Translations under genes and position numbers: made by a program | NCBI GenBank assembly: GCA_047285535.1 | Contig: JBJBDC010000001.1 | Coordinates: 1,888,136 to 1,952,135, forward strand | Source: Synechococcus sp. | Lineage (GTDB): Bacteria; Cyanobacteriota; Cyanobacteriia; PCC-6307; Cyanobiaceae | Direction: 5' to 3' | Length of the DNA: 64,000 bases | Shown: piece after piece, positions 42,704-52,746 of the stretch | Layout of the letters: each line of letters begins with the position of its first letter | Position numbering within the stretch: the first letter of the stretch is position 1 | Notes under the pieces: generated by a model | The model's database searches: none | The model's input: the letters and a program-made list of their open reading frames with translations, nothing else | Told to the model about the DNA's origin: nothing

Positions 42704-44371
42704 TCAGCCTGGTCCGCTCGGACGACTGGGAACCGCGATCCAGCTGATCTGGTGCTGACGCAACGTTTCGTCTGTGGCGCTCAACTCCTGCTCTGGATTA
42801 TTGCCTTCACCATAAAGAGCTAGTTCATAGAGAAGATTCATACAGAACTTGCCTTGAAAATATCCGCCGTGGCAATCAATCTTGCTGATCTTCAAAGGAC
42901 TAGCAAGCATCAAGATCAACGTGGCGGCGTAGTTGAAAAACCTCTGCGCGGCATTGCGAGCCGTGAACGCACTGAGATAACGCCCACCATCGTCGTAGTC
43001 GGTGCAGTCGATCACATTGAGCGGATAGCCGATCCATGGCTTGCAGCAGAAGGTCTTGTCATCGCAAAGGGTTTCCGTACGCAGCGCACCATGAAGCTCG
43101 AGATGACTCAGATCTGAAACACGCCTGCCGTATCCCTGGGCTCGCGTGCGCCCTTTGATGCTCAGGTTGCCGAGGCGATAGCCGCCGATGCGCGTCCCCG
43201 AGGGAAACACGAAGTAATTGGCCAGGGTTGAGGCGAGCCGAAGCACCATGTCGGCATCATTGACGAACAAAAAAGTCTGCTGAAAACGACGCAGGCAACT
43301 GGCCAGGTAATTGGAGCGACCTGTGGTGATCGTCCAGACCGGAATGTCAGCAGCAACGAGGATCAAACGATCAAGGGTGAAGAGATCACCGATCTGCGCC
43401 AGCTGCTGGCGCCAGCTTTCACTGGTGGCCTGATCGGATGACGTCGAGCTGCTCGAACCACCGAATGGTCCCAGCTGGGAATTCGCTGCCCAGAGGTGAG
43501 CATCCGCTTCGTTATCGAAGACATTGCTGAGAACACGGATCAGCATCGTTGTCAGGAACGTGCCCATGCTGTGACCCAGGAAACTGAGGCTGATCCTCTG
43601 GGCCTTGCCGCTCTGGAGATCAGCCAGATAGCTGCTGTCGCGAATGATCTCCATCACCAGGTGGTGAAGAGCCCTGACCATCTCAACGGCATCGAACACA
43701 CCAAACGTGCCGGCACGTTCACGGTCGCGGAAGTAGGTGACCGCGCGCAGCAGCGTGAGCGTGATTCCAATCCCCAGACACAACTGACCAATGGCAGCAA
43801 GCCAACCGCCGGCAAAGAAGGCGAGCAGGCTGCCCAGCGCGAACAGCAGCCAAAGGCCCATCGGCATGGCACCAATCCAGCGCAAGGGGCCTCCAGCACC
43901 GATCCGCTCAGACGGCCAGGCGTAGTGCACAAACAACACATAATCATCAGGGGGGGATTCCGTGAGCCGGCAGGCGTCGTCTCTGAACTTGCGTTCCGCC
44001 TGCTTGTATTCCTCCCTCACGCTCTTCAAGGGAACGTTGTAGCCGTGAATGCGAACCACCAGCCGCACACGCTGAGACCTGCCGTTGCTCTGCTGCCGTT
44101 GCAAGAACTCAGATAGATGGGTGCGCAGCTGCTCGAAGTTCTGGGCGTTGTTATCAAAATCCGCTCGAAAATCGGGTTGCGTGAGAGCCAAGCGAAAGGG
44201 CCGTTCGGCCTCCAGGGGTGCGGTACTGCAAACCAGCATGTGGCTGAAGCAGGGGTTCTGCGCTGAGGGGAAGGGCTGGTATTTGAGAAGGGCGAGTTCA
44301 GGATGCCGCGTGGTGGTTGTCATGGTGAATGGCTCTGCACGCTGATCTCCCCTGAGGTAGCCATCTCCCAA
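42704..44371 (-). CDS. DUF900-like alpha/beta hydrolase with inserted TM segments (start likely about 44323)
   Basis: RIHGYNV, YAWPSE, GHSMG nucleophile, LVAADIP, NDADMVL, DCHGGYF. Confidence 0.75.
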   Translation of the reverse strand: MGDGYLRGDQRAEPFTMTTTTRHPELALLKYQPFPSAQNPCFSHMLVCSTAPLEAERPFRLALTQPDFRADFDNNAQNFEQLRTHLSEFLQRQQSNGRSQRVRLVVRIHGYNVPLKSVREEYKQAERKFRDDACRLTESPPDDYVLFVHYAWPSERIGAGGPLRWIGAMPMGLWLLFALGSLLAFFAGGWLAAIGQLCLGIGITLTLLRAVTYFRDRERAGTFGVFDAVEMVRALHHLVMEIIRDSSYLADLQSGKAQRISLSFLGHSMGTFLTTMLIRVLSNVFDNEADAHLWAANSQLGPFGGSSSSTSSDQATSESWRQQLAQIGDLFTLDRLILVAADIPVWTITTGRSNYLASCLRRFQQTFLFVNDADMVLRLASTLANYFVFPSGTRIGGYRLGNLSIKGRTRAQGYGRRVSDLSHLELHGALRTETLCDDKTFCCKPWIGYPLNVIDCTDYDDGGRYLSAFTARNAAQRFFNYAATLILMLASPLKISKIDCHGGYFQGKFCMNLLYELALYGEGNNPEQELSATDETLRQHQISWIAVPSRPSGPG

Positions 44372-44503
44372 GAATCAGCCGCGGAATCAAACCGCTTCCT
44401 TCCAATTCATCAGCAGCGTTGCTGGCCTGAACAATCGTTCAAACGATCGCTCAGGCGCTGATCGTTGAAGATGGTGAGCCAGAACCACGATTAATCGCAC
44501 GCC

Positions 44504-45388
44504 GTGCCCCACAGCGCAGGACCAGCAGAGCAGCTCCGCACCTTGCTGGAGCAGGACACCTGCCATCTGATGCCCTGCTGTTTTGATGCCTTATCCGCAC
44601 GGCTGGTGGAGCAGGCCGGCTGCGCACTGACTTTTATGAGTGGCTTCTCCGTTGCTGCAGCCAGGGCTGGTCTGCCGGACACCGGCTTATTAACGGTGAC
44701 TGAAATGCTCGATCAGGGCCGCTCGATCTGTGATGCCGTGTCGATCCCCGTGATCGGTGATGGCGACACCGGCCATGGCAATGCGGCCAATGTGCAGCGC
44801 ACGATGCACCAGTTCGCCAAGGCGGGCTTTGCCGGAATCATGCTGGAGGATCAGGTGGCCCCCAAACGCTGCGGACACACCGGCGTGAAAGCCGTTGTCA
44901 ATCGCGATTCGGCGATCGCCAGGATTCAGTCAGCCGTTGATGCCCGCAACCAGGGGGCGGATCTGGTGATCGTGGCGCGCACGGATGCGCGATCGGCGCT
45001 GGCAACAAGCCACGGTGATCAGGCCGCCCTGGAGGAAGCGCTCTGGCGTTTGAAGGCCTTTGCTGACCTTGGCGCTGATGTGTTGTTTCTGGAGGCACCC
45101 CGCAGCGAGCAGGAAATGGAGCGGTTCTGCGAGGAGGTGCAAGGCACGCGCATGGCGAACATGCTGGAAGGAGGCATCACACCGTTGTTGTCGACCGAAC
45201 GCCTGGGGGCAATGGGCTTTGCTTTGGCGGCCTACCCACTCACCCTGCTGTCAACGGCCGCCTTCGCGATGCGACAAGCTCTGGTGGATCTCCAGGCAGG
45301 CCACACGCCAGAGCAGATGCTCAGCTTTGAGGAGATGAAAAGACTGGTGGGGTTTAACAGCTACACGAAAGCTACAGATCAGACTTGA
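44504..45388 (+). CDS. Isocitrate lyase/PEP mutase family protein
   Basis: DALSARL, DGDTGHG, EDQVAPKRCGH, ARTDA, NMLEGG. Confidence 0.92.
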   Translation: MPHSAGPAEQLRTLLEQDTCHLMPCCFDALSARLVEQAGCALTFMSGFSVAAARAGLPDTGLLTVTEMLDQGRSICDAVSIPVIGDGDTGHGNAANVQRTMHQFAKAGFAGIMLEDQVAPKRCGHTGVKAVVNRDSAIARIQSAVDARNQGADLVIVARTDARSALATSHGDQAALEEALWRLKAFADLGADVLFLEAPRSEQEMERFCEEVQGTRMANMLEGGITPLLSTERLGAMGFALAAYPLTLLSTAAFAMRQALVDLQAGHTPEQMLSFEEMKRLVGFNSYTKATDQT

Positions 45389-45759
45389 TCCTGCTGCAAT
45401 TTGCATCCTTTCATCCATTTTAAGCACAGGCAAAAAACAATTTATAGAACAACACATATAAGCCATCTCTATAACGAATCAAACCATCAAACCCCGAGTA
45501 TATTCGAATAATTGTGATTGCCACGTTTCCATTTTGACCAAGTCGGCGATCAAACGCCTAATGCCATCAACAAAACCAAGATTGCGCAGAATCTCGTCGA
45601 AAGCTTAAAAAGTTAGCAACAAAAGCTACATACCCATGCAGCAGCTGAATATTGACACCATCCGAGCAACAAAAAGACCAAAGAAAACTGAATAAACCTA
45701 AAAAAGGAATCAAAGAGCAAAAATCGTCCATACGGTTGAAGTGCCAAGCTCATTAAGTC

Positions 45760-47043
45760 ATGTTCACAAAAGATCAAATCAATGCAGCGTTGTACGATCA
45801 CCCAGACAATCAAGCACCAAAGGTCTTTGACGACTTTGACGATAAGGGAACTCAAATAGGAGGACTAGGGAGGGGAATACTATGTAGAGATCAATCAGAC
45901 ATTTGGCAAAATTATTTCAACCCTTTAGATGATTACAATGTGCTGCCTGCAGCATGGCTTCATAACAGCATTAAAACACCTCATCCCCTCTACAACCTAG
46001 GAGTAACCTTTCACAAGGGTCCTAACCCCAATAAGCCTATTGGCAATTCAGCTGCAGTAGCTTGCATAAATTTTAGCCATCTGGATAATGTTTTTAATAC
46101 AGATGATTTAGCTAATTGGGGTTGGCATGATGGAGTTTTTTATCCACATGATGCTAACTCCTGTGACAAACGTGCAATATGGCTAAGAGATTTTAATGCC
46201 TGGGAAGGCCCTTGCTCATGGCAAGAATTACATAAAGACCCAGTGAAGGCACTAGATAAAATCGGGTCAGGAAGATACTCTGCTGGAAATCCCAGTCTAC
46301 TTTGTAATAATGGAAAAGGATTTGGAGGTGGCGGGACCGGCTACCACACTAATTTAAATCGCGCGGATGCGAGTAAAAGTCCCAACGCAAATCAAAACGA
46401 CTCTCTTTATGGAAAGGTTAATAATGTCGATTTTTATGATCAGAAAGATTGCGTCTGCTATTTCAAGATGGACCACAAGAATTTAAATCCCAATTGGATG
46501 ATGAAAAGTGGATTAGATGATTGGTCGCCTTTCATCATAGAAGTCAACAAAGCCGCCAATAACAAGTTCCATGGTCAATGCTCAATGCACGACGCGCTGG
46601 ATTCATTAGGCTGGGTAAATGATATTAGAGCAATGATTAGTATTCAAAACGCATTTTGGTGGCTCAGCGATAAATTTAATGGAAACCCAAAGAGTGGTGG
46701 TGGCATGTGGTATCCAAGAACTTACGAAAGTGCTTTTCAATGGGAAGGATGGAACGAAATCCCAATGGACAAACAACAGATGCTTGATATCAACAATTGG
46801 GACGGGCTCGCAGTTATGCTGCCAATTCCCAAAGAAGCAGATGCAACAAAAGGCATCACATATGATGATTTAAATGAAACATATGAAAAAGCCCTAATAC
46901 GCGAAAGCTGCCAGAAACACAATGATATTCCAAGCCTAAAGGGCATTGCGGACAAAGGCATCGCCATTATTCAACAGACCCTTACCGATGAACTCATGTT
47001 TACAAGAAAGTGCATTGAAGTTAGAACATTGGCAGAACTTTGA
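45760..47043 (+). CDS. Hypothetical protein (427 aa, AT-rich, W/C/N-rich)
   Basis: Long uninterrupted ORF in AT-rich DNA; no family recognised. Confidence 0.75.
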   Translation: MFTKDQINAALYDHPDNQAPKVFDDFDDKGTQIGGLGRGILCRDQSDIWQNYFNPLDDYNVLPAAWLHNSIKTPHPLYNLGVTFHKGPNPNKPIGNSAAVACINFSHLDNVFNTDDLANWGWHDGVFYPHDANSCDKRAIWLRDFNAWEGPCSWQELHKDPVKALDKIGSGRYSAGNPSLLCNNGKGFGGGGTGYHTNLNRADASKSPNANQNDSLYGKVNNVDFYDQKDCVCYFKMDHKNLNPNWMMKSGLDDWSPFIIEVNKAANNKFHGQCSMHDALDSLGWVNDIRAMISIQNAFWWLSDKFNGNPKSGGGMWYPRTYESAFQWEGWNEIPMDKQQMLDINNWDGLAVMLPIPKEADATKGITYDDLNETYEKALIRESCQKHNDIPSLKGIADKGIAIIQQTLTDELMFTRKCIEVRTLAEL

Positions 47044-47329
47044 AATCCGCAAAGCGTCTTCAGACTGTCTACTCTAATAACATCATCGCGCGATTTACGC
47101 ATTGAATATTTTTTTGTTTCATCAAATAGTATTTCTTGACTATATTCGATTGAGAATTTTCACAATCGGCACGGCTCGATTTCACTAAAAATCATAAAAT
47201 TTTTGATCTCGAGCCGATGCCAGCTATGGTTTTGTACTTTTCCCCTACTCCGGACAGAATATCCAAATGTCGAATCAGCGCAGGATTGATGATATGAATT
47301 TCCCTAACTAAGGCAAACCGCATCTAAGC

Positions 47330-47571
47330 AGCAAACGGCAATGGAAGCATCACCTGGATCCCAGCATGGTGCAAAAAGCGGTGAAACGTACTGTGGCCGC
47401 AGCTGCCATACCTTCCGACATTCATGTGCAACACACCTGCTGGAACGGGAACAGGACATCCGCACGATTCAGGAACTGCTGGATCATAAGGATTTGAGCA
47501 CTACCATGATCTATACCCAAGTTCTGAATTCAGGGCCTCTCAGTGTGCGTAGCCCCAACAACTTTGACTAG
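47330..47571 (+). pseudogene. intI: 3' relic of an integron integrase
   Basis: [19 protein letters not shown] from 47348, then a frameshift into [51 protein letters not shown], paralleling the IntI C-terminus. Confidence 0.88.
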
Positions 47572-47965
47572 TACCATTAGTTGAGCCGGCTGACCTGGAG
47601 ATCATCAATAGTCTCGATCAAAAATCGTAAATTCGACAAGAACACAGCTCATACGAACAGTTCAACTTCCAGTTTTTACAGAAGCCAGAAATGAGAAAAA
47701 GGGAGCATCATTCCCTTTAAAGAGCAGTGAATTCGAAACAGCTATCACCAGTCAAAACGGCTTAACCCCCTAGTGGAGTGTGATGAGCGACAGCCAAATT
47801 GGCAGAGGCTTAAATATATAGATATCGGAACCGTGAACCATGACTAAGGTTGGAGCAGGATCTGCTTAAAACAATGCCATCAAAGCGATCTGATCTAGGG
47901 CCAACTGCGGAGGGTCTGCAGTAAGCCAGACCATAGTGATCCATCCAGAGACAAGAGACATCAAA

Positions 47966-48739
47966 ATGAGTCAAGCACTGGTTGTTGGAGCGAGCGGAGC
48001 AACTGGCCAATTGCTTGTTGCTGAATTACTGAATCGTGGAGTTGATGTCATTGCCATCGTCCGATCATCCAGTTCTCAGAAGCACAAATTCGGACTTTAT
48101 TCAAACTATCATGAAGTTTCAGGCAGCATCAGTGAGATGACTGAAGCTGAACTCATCCCACTGGTTGATCAGTGCGATTTTGTGTTTTCCTGCCTTGGCC
48201 ATAACCTGACATGGAAAGGCGTGTTTGGACAACCCCGACGGCTTGTGACAGATAGCATTCGCAAACTATCCCGAATCATTGAATCATTGCAATTCAACAA
48301 GAAAGTAAAAATCGTTTTAATGAATACAACGGGCAACAGTAACCGTGACTATCCAGAAATCCCACCGTTATCACAGAGAATTGTTGTTTTGATTTTGAGG
48401 GTTTTACTTCCGCCCCATGCTGATAATGAACAAGCTGCAGATTTTCTGAGAACGCAAATTGGACAGAATCACCCATCAATTGAATGGGTCGCAGTGAGGC
48501 CTGATGGCCTTACGAATCACACGAACGTAACTGACTATTCCATTCACCCCTCACCAACACGCAACGCGATCTTTGACGCAGGATCAACCAGCCGGATTAA
48601 TGTTGCCAATTTCATGGTGAACTTGGCAACCGATCTTGATTTATGGGGTGAATGGAAAGGGAAAATGCCTGTTATTTACAATGATACTTCACAAGAAGAT
48701 CATTCAAAAGATGATGTTTCACAAATGCATTCAGGCTGA
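47966..48739 (+). CDS. NAD(P)H-binding Rossmann protein (atypical SDR)
   Basis: LVVGASGATG, SCLGH, WVAVRPDGL, SRINVANFM. Confidence 0.85.
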   Translation: MSQALVVGASGATGQLLVAELLNRGVDVIAIVRSSSSQKHKFGLYSNYHEVSGSISEMTEAELIPLVDQCDFVFSCLGHNLTWKGVFGQPRRLVTDSIRKLSRIIESLQFNKKVKIVLMNTTGNSNRDYPEIPPLSQRIVVLILRVLLPPHADNEQAADFLRTQIGQNHPSIEWVAVRPDGLTNHTNVTDYSIHPSPTRNAIFDAGSTSRINVANFMVNLATDLDLWGEWKGKMPVIYNDTSQEDHSKDDVSQMHSG

Positions 48740-49240
48740 CTGGCAAACCTGTTCTGTGGCTCAGGATCATCAATGAAGACGATTGCCAGGTTACGACACT
48801 TTATTCAGAACTTCACCTTGCTGATCAAGCGGATTGGTCACGATGAGAACAGAATCTTTGCGGCTTGTTGATGGTGTAGACGTCACAATGAACGCTCATA
48901 TCAGTGATGGAACCTAGTAGGAGCTTATTGCCTAGTTAATTCCTTTCAATTCCGTTGAACAGTTGGTGATCGGACCTGGTAATCCTGGCTCATTTTGGAC
49001 ATGGAGTCACCAGAAACCATGCCATCAAAACAATCCAAAACCTGGTGTGCAGTTAAGTCTTCGTGGTTCGCGGAATGGGAGGTCTAAGTCTTTAGCAAGC
49101 CAATCAATGCCCCAGCAGTCTCAAGCCTGACCTGCAACTGCGGCCGCCGTTGCCCTTGAAACAGTTGCTCGTTGGCGCGGAGGTTGTGACGTTGATGGCC
49201 GCAGCGGGGAACTCTGAGAAGGAGGCCAAGTGCAGTATCG

Positions 49241-50215
49241 ATGCAGAGCACAGCAAGCGCGCCAGGACTGATCCAGCGCTACCGGGAGGAACTACAGGTA
49301 CGCCACTACGCCCGCCGAACGATTTCCACCTATGTGCAGTGGCTGCGTCGCTTTCTGCGATTTCATGAAATGCGCCATCCACGCGAGATGGGGGAGGCGG
49401 AGATCAATGCATTCCTGAGCCATCTGGCGACGAAGGAGAATGTGAGCGCCTCCACCCAGAACCAGGCCCTTGCTGCTTTGCTGTTTCTCTACCGACAGGT
49501 TCTGAACAGTGATGTGGGACGTCTGGAGGGCGTGATCAGAGCCCGAAGGCGCCAACGCCTCCCCGTAGTACTCACAGTGGGGGAGGTGCGCGCTGTTCTG
49601 AGCCATCTCAAAGGAACGGAGGCCCTCGTATCCCAAATGTTGTATGGCAGTGGCTTACGGCTCATGGAAGCACTGCGGTTGCGAATCAAGGATGTGGATC
49701 TGCAGCAACGCTGCATCACGGTGCATTCAGGCAAGGGAGACAAGGACCGCCGCACCGTGCTGCCGACCCGCCTGGTCGAGCCCTTGAAACAGCACCTGCA
49801 AGCCGTGAAACGCCTTCACCAGTCTGATCTCGCGGCTGGTTGGGGGGCCGTTGAGCTACCGCATGCTCTGGACAGGAAATACCCAAATGCACCCAAAGAA
49901 TGGAGCTGGCAATGGCTGTTTCCACAAAGCCACCGCTGGCGGAATCCACGACAGAACAACGAAGGTCGGCACCATCTCGATGCCAGCATTGTTCAACGCG
50001 CCGTGCGAAATGCTGTTCAGGCAGCTGGTGTCAACAAACCAGCCACATGCCATACCTTCCGCCATTCATTCGCCACACACTTGCTGGAGCAGGGCTCTGA
50101 CATCCGCATGATTCAGGAGCTCCTTGGTCACAGTGATGTGAAGACCACGATGATCTACACCCATGTGTTGAACCGAGGGCCCTCAGGGGTGCGCAGCCCC
50201 GCCGACCTACTTTGA
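49241..50215 (+). CDS. intI: Integron integrase (tyrosine recombinase)
   Basis: [46 protein letters not shown], IntI-specific insert [45 protein letters not shown]. Confidence 0.97.
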   Translation: MQSTASAPGLIQRYREELQVRHYARRTISTYVQWLRRFLRFHEMRHPREMGEAEINAFLSHLATKENVSASTQNQALAALLFLYRQVLNSDVGRLEGVIRARRRQRLPVVLTVGEVRAVLSHLKGTEALVSQMLYGSGLRLMEALRLRIKDVDLQQRCITVHSGKGDKDRRTVLPTRLVEPLKQHLQAVKRLHQSDLAAGWGAVELPHALDRKYPNAPKEWSWQWLFPQSHRWRNPRQNNEGRHHLDASIVQRAVRNAVQAAGVNKPATCHTFRHSFATHLLEQGSDIRMIQELLGHSDVKTTMIYTHVLNRGPSGVRSPADLL

Positions 50216-50224
50216 TGCCAAGAA

Positions 50225-50383
50225 TGTTATGCAGACTGCATAACAAAAAACAGCAAAATAGAAATCCGCCGAAATCATTGCTAAAACTTGACTATTGATT
50301 TAGAGGTGTCGAGCTATTGGCAGCTTATGGAGAAAAAACTTATCTGCTAGTAGCTTATGCGGACCGCCGAAACACTGTTAGGT
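50225..50383 (+). promoter_or_regulatory. Putative attI region
   Basis: Perfect palindrome TGTTATGCAG-A-CTGCATAACA (50225-50245), related TTATGCGGACCGC (50355-50367), and core GTTAGGT (50377-50383) complementary to the R'' of the next attC. Confidence 0.75.
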
Positions 50384-51441
50384 TCGTTAAACGATGAGCG
50401 ATATTCAACAACAGACATATTGGAATAACATCATTAAGCCGTTGCTGCCGGTCGCTTCAACAATTATTGTTGCCTTTGGTGGTTGGTTTATTACTCACAC
50501 ATATAACAGTGCTCAAATAAAATTAGAAAAACAGAAACAAACCGACAACAAAACAACATCGGAAATCAAAGCTTCTCTTTCGTATGTAGATTTTCTTGCT
50601 GGAAATCCTCCGCCAAGCGATGATCTAAAAGATCAAGCTCTTCTTGCCGTAGCCCCAGCGTTACCACCCGAACTTAGCTTTGATCTTGCTGTAGAGGCGT
50701 TGCCGGAAGATGATCGTGTTTTCAAACTCCTTCTGCGTATTCACCAGGAGGAATCTTGGAAATACGTATCACCGTTCATTGAAGATGAAAAGACTTCACA
50801 GTGCGTTTTGAAGGCATTGAATGACCAGAACTACCTAAACAAAGAATTTGCATATCTGATTTCTGAAAAAAATAGTCGGTCAAGTCACCGTTTGAAAGCG
50901 TTGTGGTTCTACTTTCGGTATGTCAATTCTCTTGCGGCCACACAAGACACAATGCTTGAAAGCATGAACCAAATGATTACAAAAGGAACCGCAAATGGAA
51001 TATCTGAAGATGCAAGAGCAGCATTACAACTAGCTGCTGCGATGTCTTTACTTGTCTATGACGAGGAAACTCTGGAGCAATTGCGAGACACCTTTAAGAG
51101 GTTAGATGCAGTAGAGTGGAAGAAACGGTTTTCATATGATCTTGGTTCCTTGAGTGGGCACAGATTTTATCGCTCTTTAAGTAAGGATAAGCAATTACAG
51201 CGAAAATATGCTGAGATGATGGTTGATTGGTATTACCAATATTCTAAAAATGGTTGGGGTATTCCAAAATTCTTATCTACGGTCGAAGAAGATCATAAGG
51301 ATCTCAGTATCAAGATCAGTGAAATATTCAAACGAATTGGGTAAAACTTGCCATGTATGAACCTAACAATTGCATACACGCGGACCGCAAAAAGCGCCGC
51401 TCCTTCGTCGCTCTGCTTTTTGCGGCCGGTGATGCAAGGCG
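50378..51441 (+). mobile_element. Integron gene cassette 1
   Basis: Bounded by G/TTAGGT and attC G/TTAGAA; a single ORF starts 10 bp after the core site. Confidence 0.88.
50394..51344 (+). CDS. Cassette-encoded hypothetical protein with N-terminal TM helix
   Basis: 316-aa AT-rich ORF; PLLPVASTIIVAFGGWFI TM segment followed by a charged helical region. Confidence 0.8.
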   Translation: MSDIQQQTYWNNIIKPLLPVASTIIVAFGGWFITHTYNSAQIKLEKQKQTDNKTTSEIKASLSYVDFLAGNPPPSDDLKDQALLAVAPALPPELSFDLAVEALPEDDRVFKLLLRIHQEESWKYVSPFIEDEKTSQCVLKALNDQNYLNKEFAYLISEKNSRSSHRLKALWFYFRYVNSLAATQDTMLESMNQMITKGTANGISEDARAALQLAAAMSLLVYDEETLEQLRDTFKRLDAVEWKKRFSYDLGSLSGHRFYRSLSKDKQLQRKYAEMMVDWYYQYSKNGWGIPKFLSTVEEDHKDLSIKISEIFKRIG

Positions 51442-51447
51442 TTAGAA
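51361..51447 (+). repeat. attC site (intact, 87 bp)
   Basis: R'' ACCTAAC; inner inverted repeat TGCAT..CGGACCGCAAAAAGC / GCTTTTTGCGGCCG..ATGCA; R' GTTAGAA. Confidence 0.93.
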
Positions 51448-51483
51448 GTACGGGAAGAAGTTCAACGATCGCGATTACAGCTA

Positions 51484-52224
51484 TTAGGCCCCCCCACACG
51501 AATGCTGGGTTGCTGGCATGATCCAAGACCGTAGATTTCGGAGATTTGTTGCTGAGTAGATCTTGCCGCGATCATCACCAGGCGGGCAATTTTTTGGAAT
51601 AGACACCAGGCAAAAAACAACTTGATCACCAATTCGTGAGGCCGCCACATCGGGATTAAATTCATAGGAGACTTGAAATCCTCCATTGTCATATTGAACG
51701 GTTGTTCCTTCGTTTTCCGTATAGCTCTTAGGTGGAACGACCATCTGTCGGTCATGAAACCGTGTACCGATGTCTTTGATCTTGGTTTGAGAGCACGTCC
51801 CGACTCTTTGAGGGACTCCACTCACCATTGGTGTCTTACCGTTTTCGATGAGGGAAAGTCTGTATGCACCAATCCATGGTGGCTTAGAAATGTTTGCTCC
51901 AACCTCATTGAGATCATCAATAATTTGATCCTGAGTGTCAAGGATGCAGAGCTTATTACTCCCACACGCATGGCGTACATCCAAGAAACTCAAAAGAAAG
52001 TCTTGCGCGATGGATCGACTTTCTCCCTTGATTTGGCCATAACCAAAAGAGGCTATTTGATCAAGTTCAGACAACTTCTGGTTATCGCAAATTGTGATTT
52101 CATCTTGATAACGTGCACGATTACAATCAAAACTTGGCCTAAAATCTTTTGCGCTGGCTTCCGATCCAAAAAGAAACACAAACAAGCCCATGAGGAGATG
52201 CATCCAACAGGCAAATTGAATCAT
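51484..52224 (-). CDS. Secreted protein with LprI (lysozyme-inhibitor-like) N-terminal domain
   Basis: Signal peptide, PSFDCNRA..EITICDNQKLSELD, RHACGSNKLC; C-terminal Cys-rich CLVSIPKNCPPGDDRG..QHSCGGA. Confidence 0.75.
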   Translation of the reverse strand: MIQFACWMHLLMGLFVFLFGSEASAKDFRPSFDCNRARYQDEITICDNQKLSELDQIASFGYGQIKGESRSIAQDFLLSFLDVRHACGSNKLCILDTQDQIIDDLNEVGANISKPPWIGAYRLSLIENGKTPMVSGVPQRVGTCSQTKIKDIGTRFHDRQMVVPPKSYTENEGTTVQYDNGGFQVSYEFNPDVAASRIGDQVVFCLVSIPKNCPPGDDRGKIYSATNLRNLRSWIMPATQHSCGGA

Positions 52225-52452
52225 GGAATTTTCAATGAACTCATTCTATTTTCTTGTTAATCAGACTTGTGGTGCTTGCCAAGTAAATGCTGGTATCAGC
52301 TTTCTGATCCTTGAAAGCCGATGACTGCCAAGCTGAGTTCATCCAAACTTCTATGTCCAGCTTCTCCACTCGCTCCTCAGGAAGCCAGGCAGACCCGAAG
52401 CTCTTTGCCCTTTTGGTAATAGGTCTCAAGGGGTCTACTGGGGGAGAGAAGA

Positions 52453-52664
52453 CAACCAGGGCACTGATCTGATGATCGTGGCGCGCTCTGATGAACGATC
52501 AGCGCTGGCAACAAGCCACGGCGATAGCCCGCCTGGAGTCAGCACTCTGGAGGCTGTGGGCCTTGGCTAACCGAGCAGGAGATGCATCATTTCCGCTAGG
52601 AGATCCCGGGCAAGCACAAGGCGAAGATGCTGGAAGTTGGCATCACACCGTTGTTGTCGACCGA
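52453..52664 (+). pseudogene. Internal relic of the ICL/PEP-mutase gene
   Basis: Colinear with about 44947-45198; shares GCGCTGGCAACAAGCCACGG and a 26-nt identity GGCATCACACCGTTGTTGTCGACCGA. Confidence 0.85.
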
Positions 52665-52746
52665 GGGGAGGCTCCAGGAATAACATCGCCAGCGATGATG
52701 AGTTCCTTGCGGGGCAACTCTGCTGAACTCTTGATTGCGGCTGACA

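Noticed and set aside
48720..48800. Possible attC after the SDR gene
   Set aside because: Lacks the AAC core and has weak pairing; too degenerate to call
42023..50215. Prophage interpretation (lysin plus integrase)
   Set aside because: The integrase has the IntI-specific insert and attC context; there are no structural or replication phage genes
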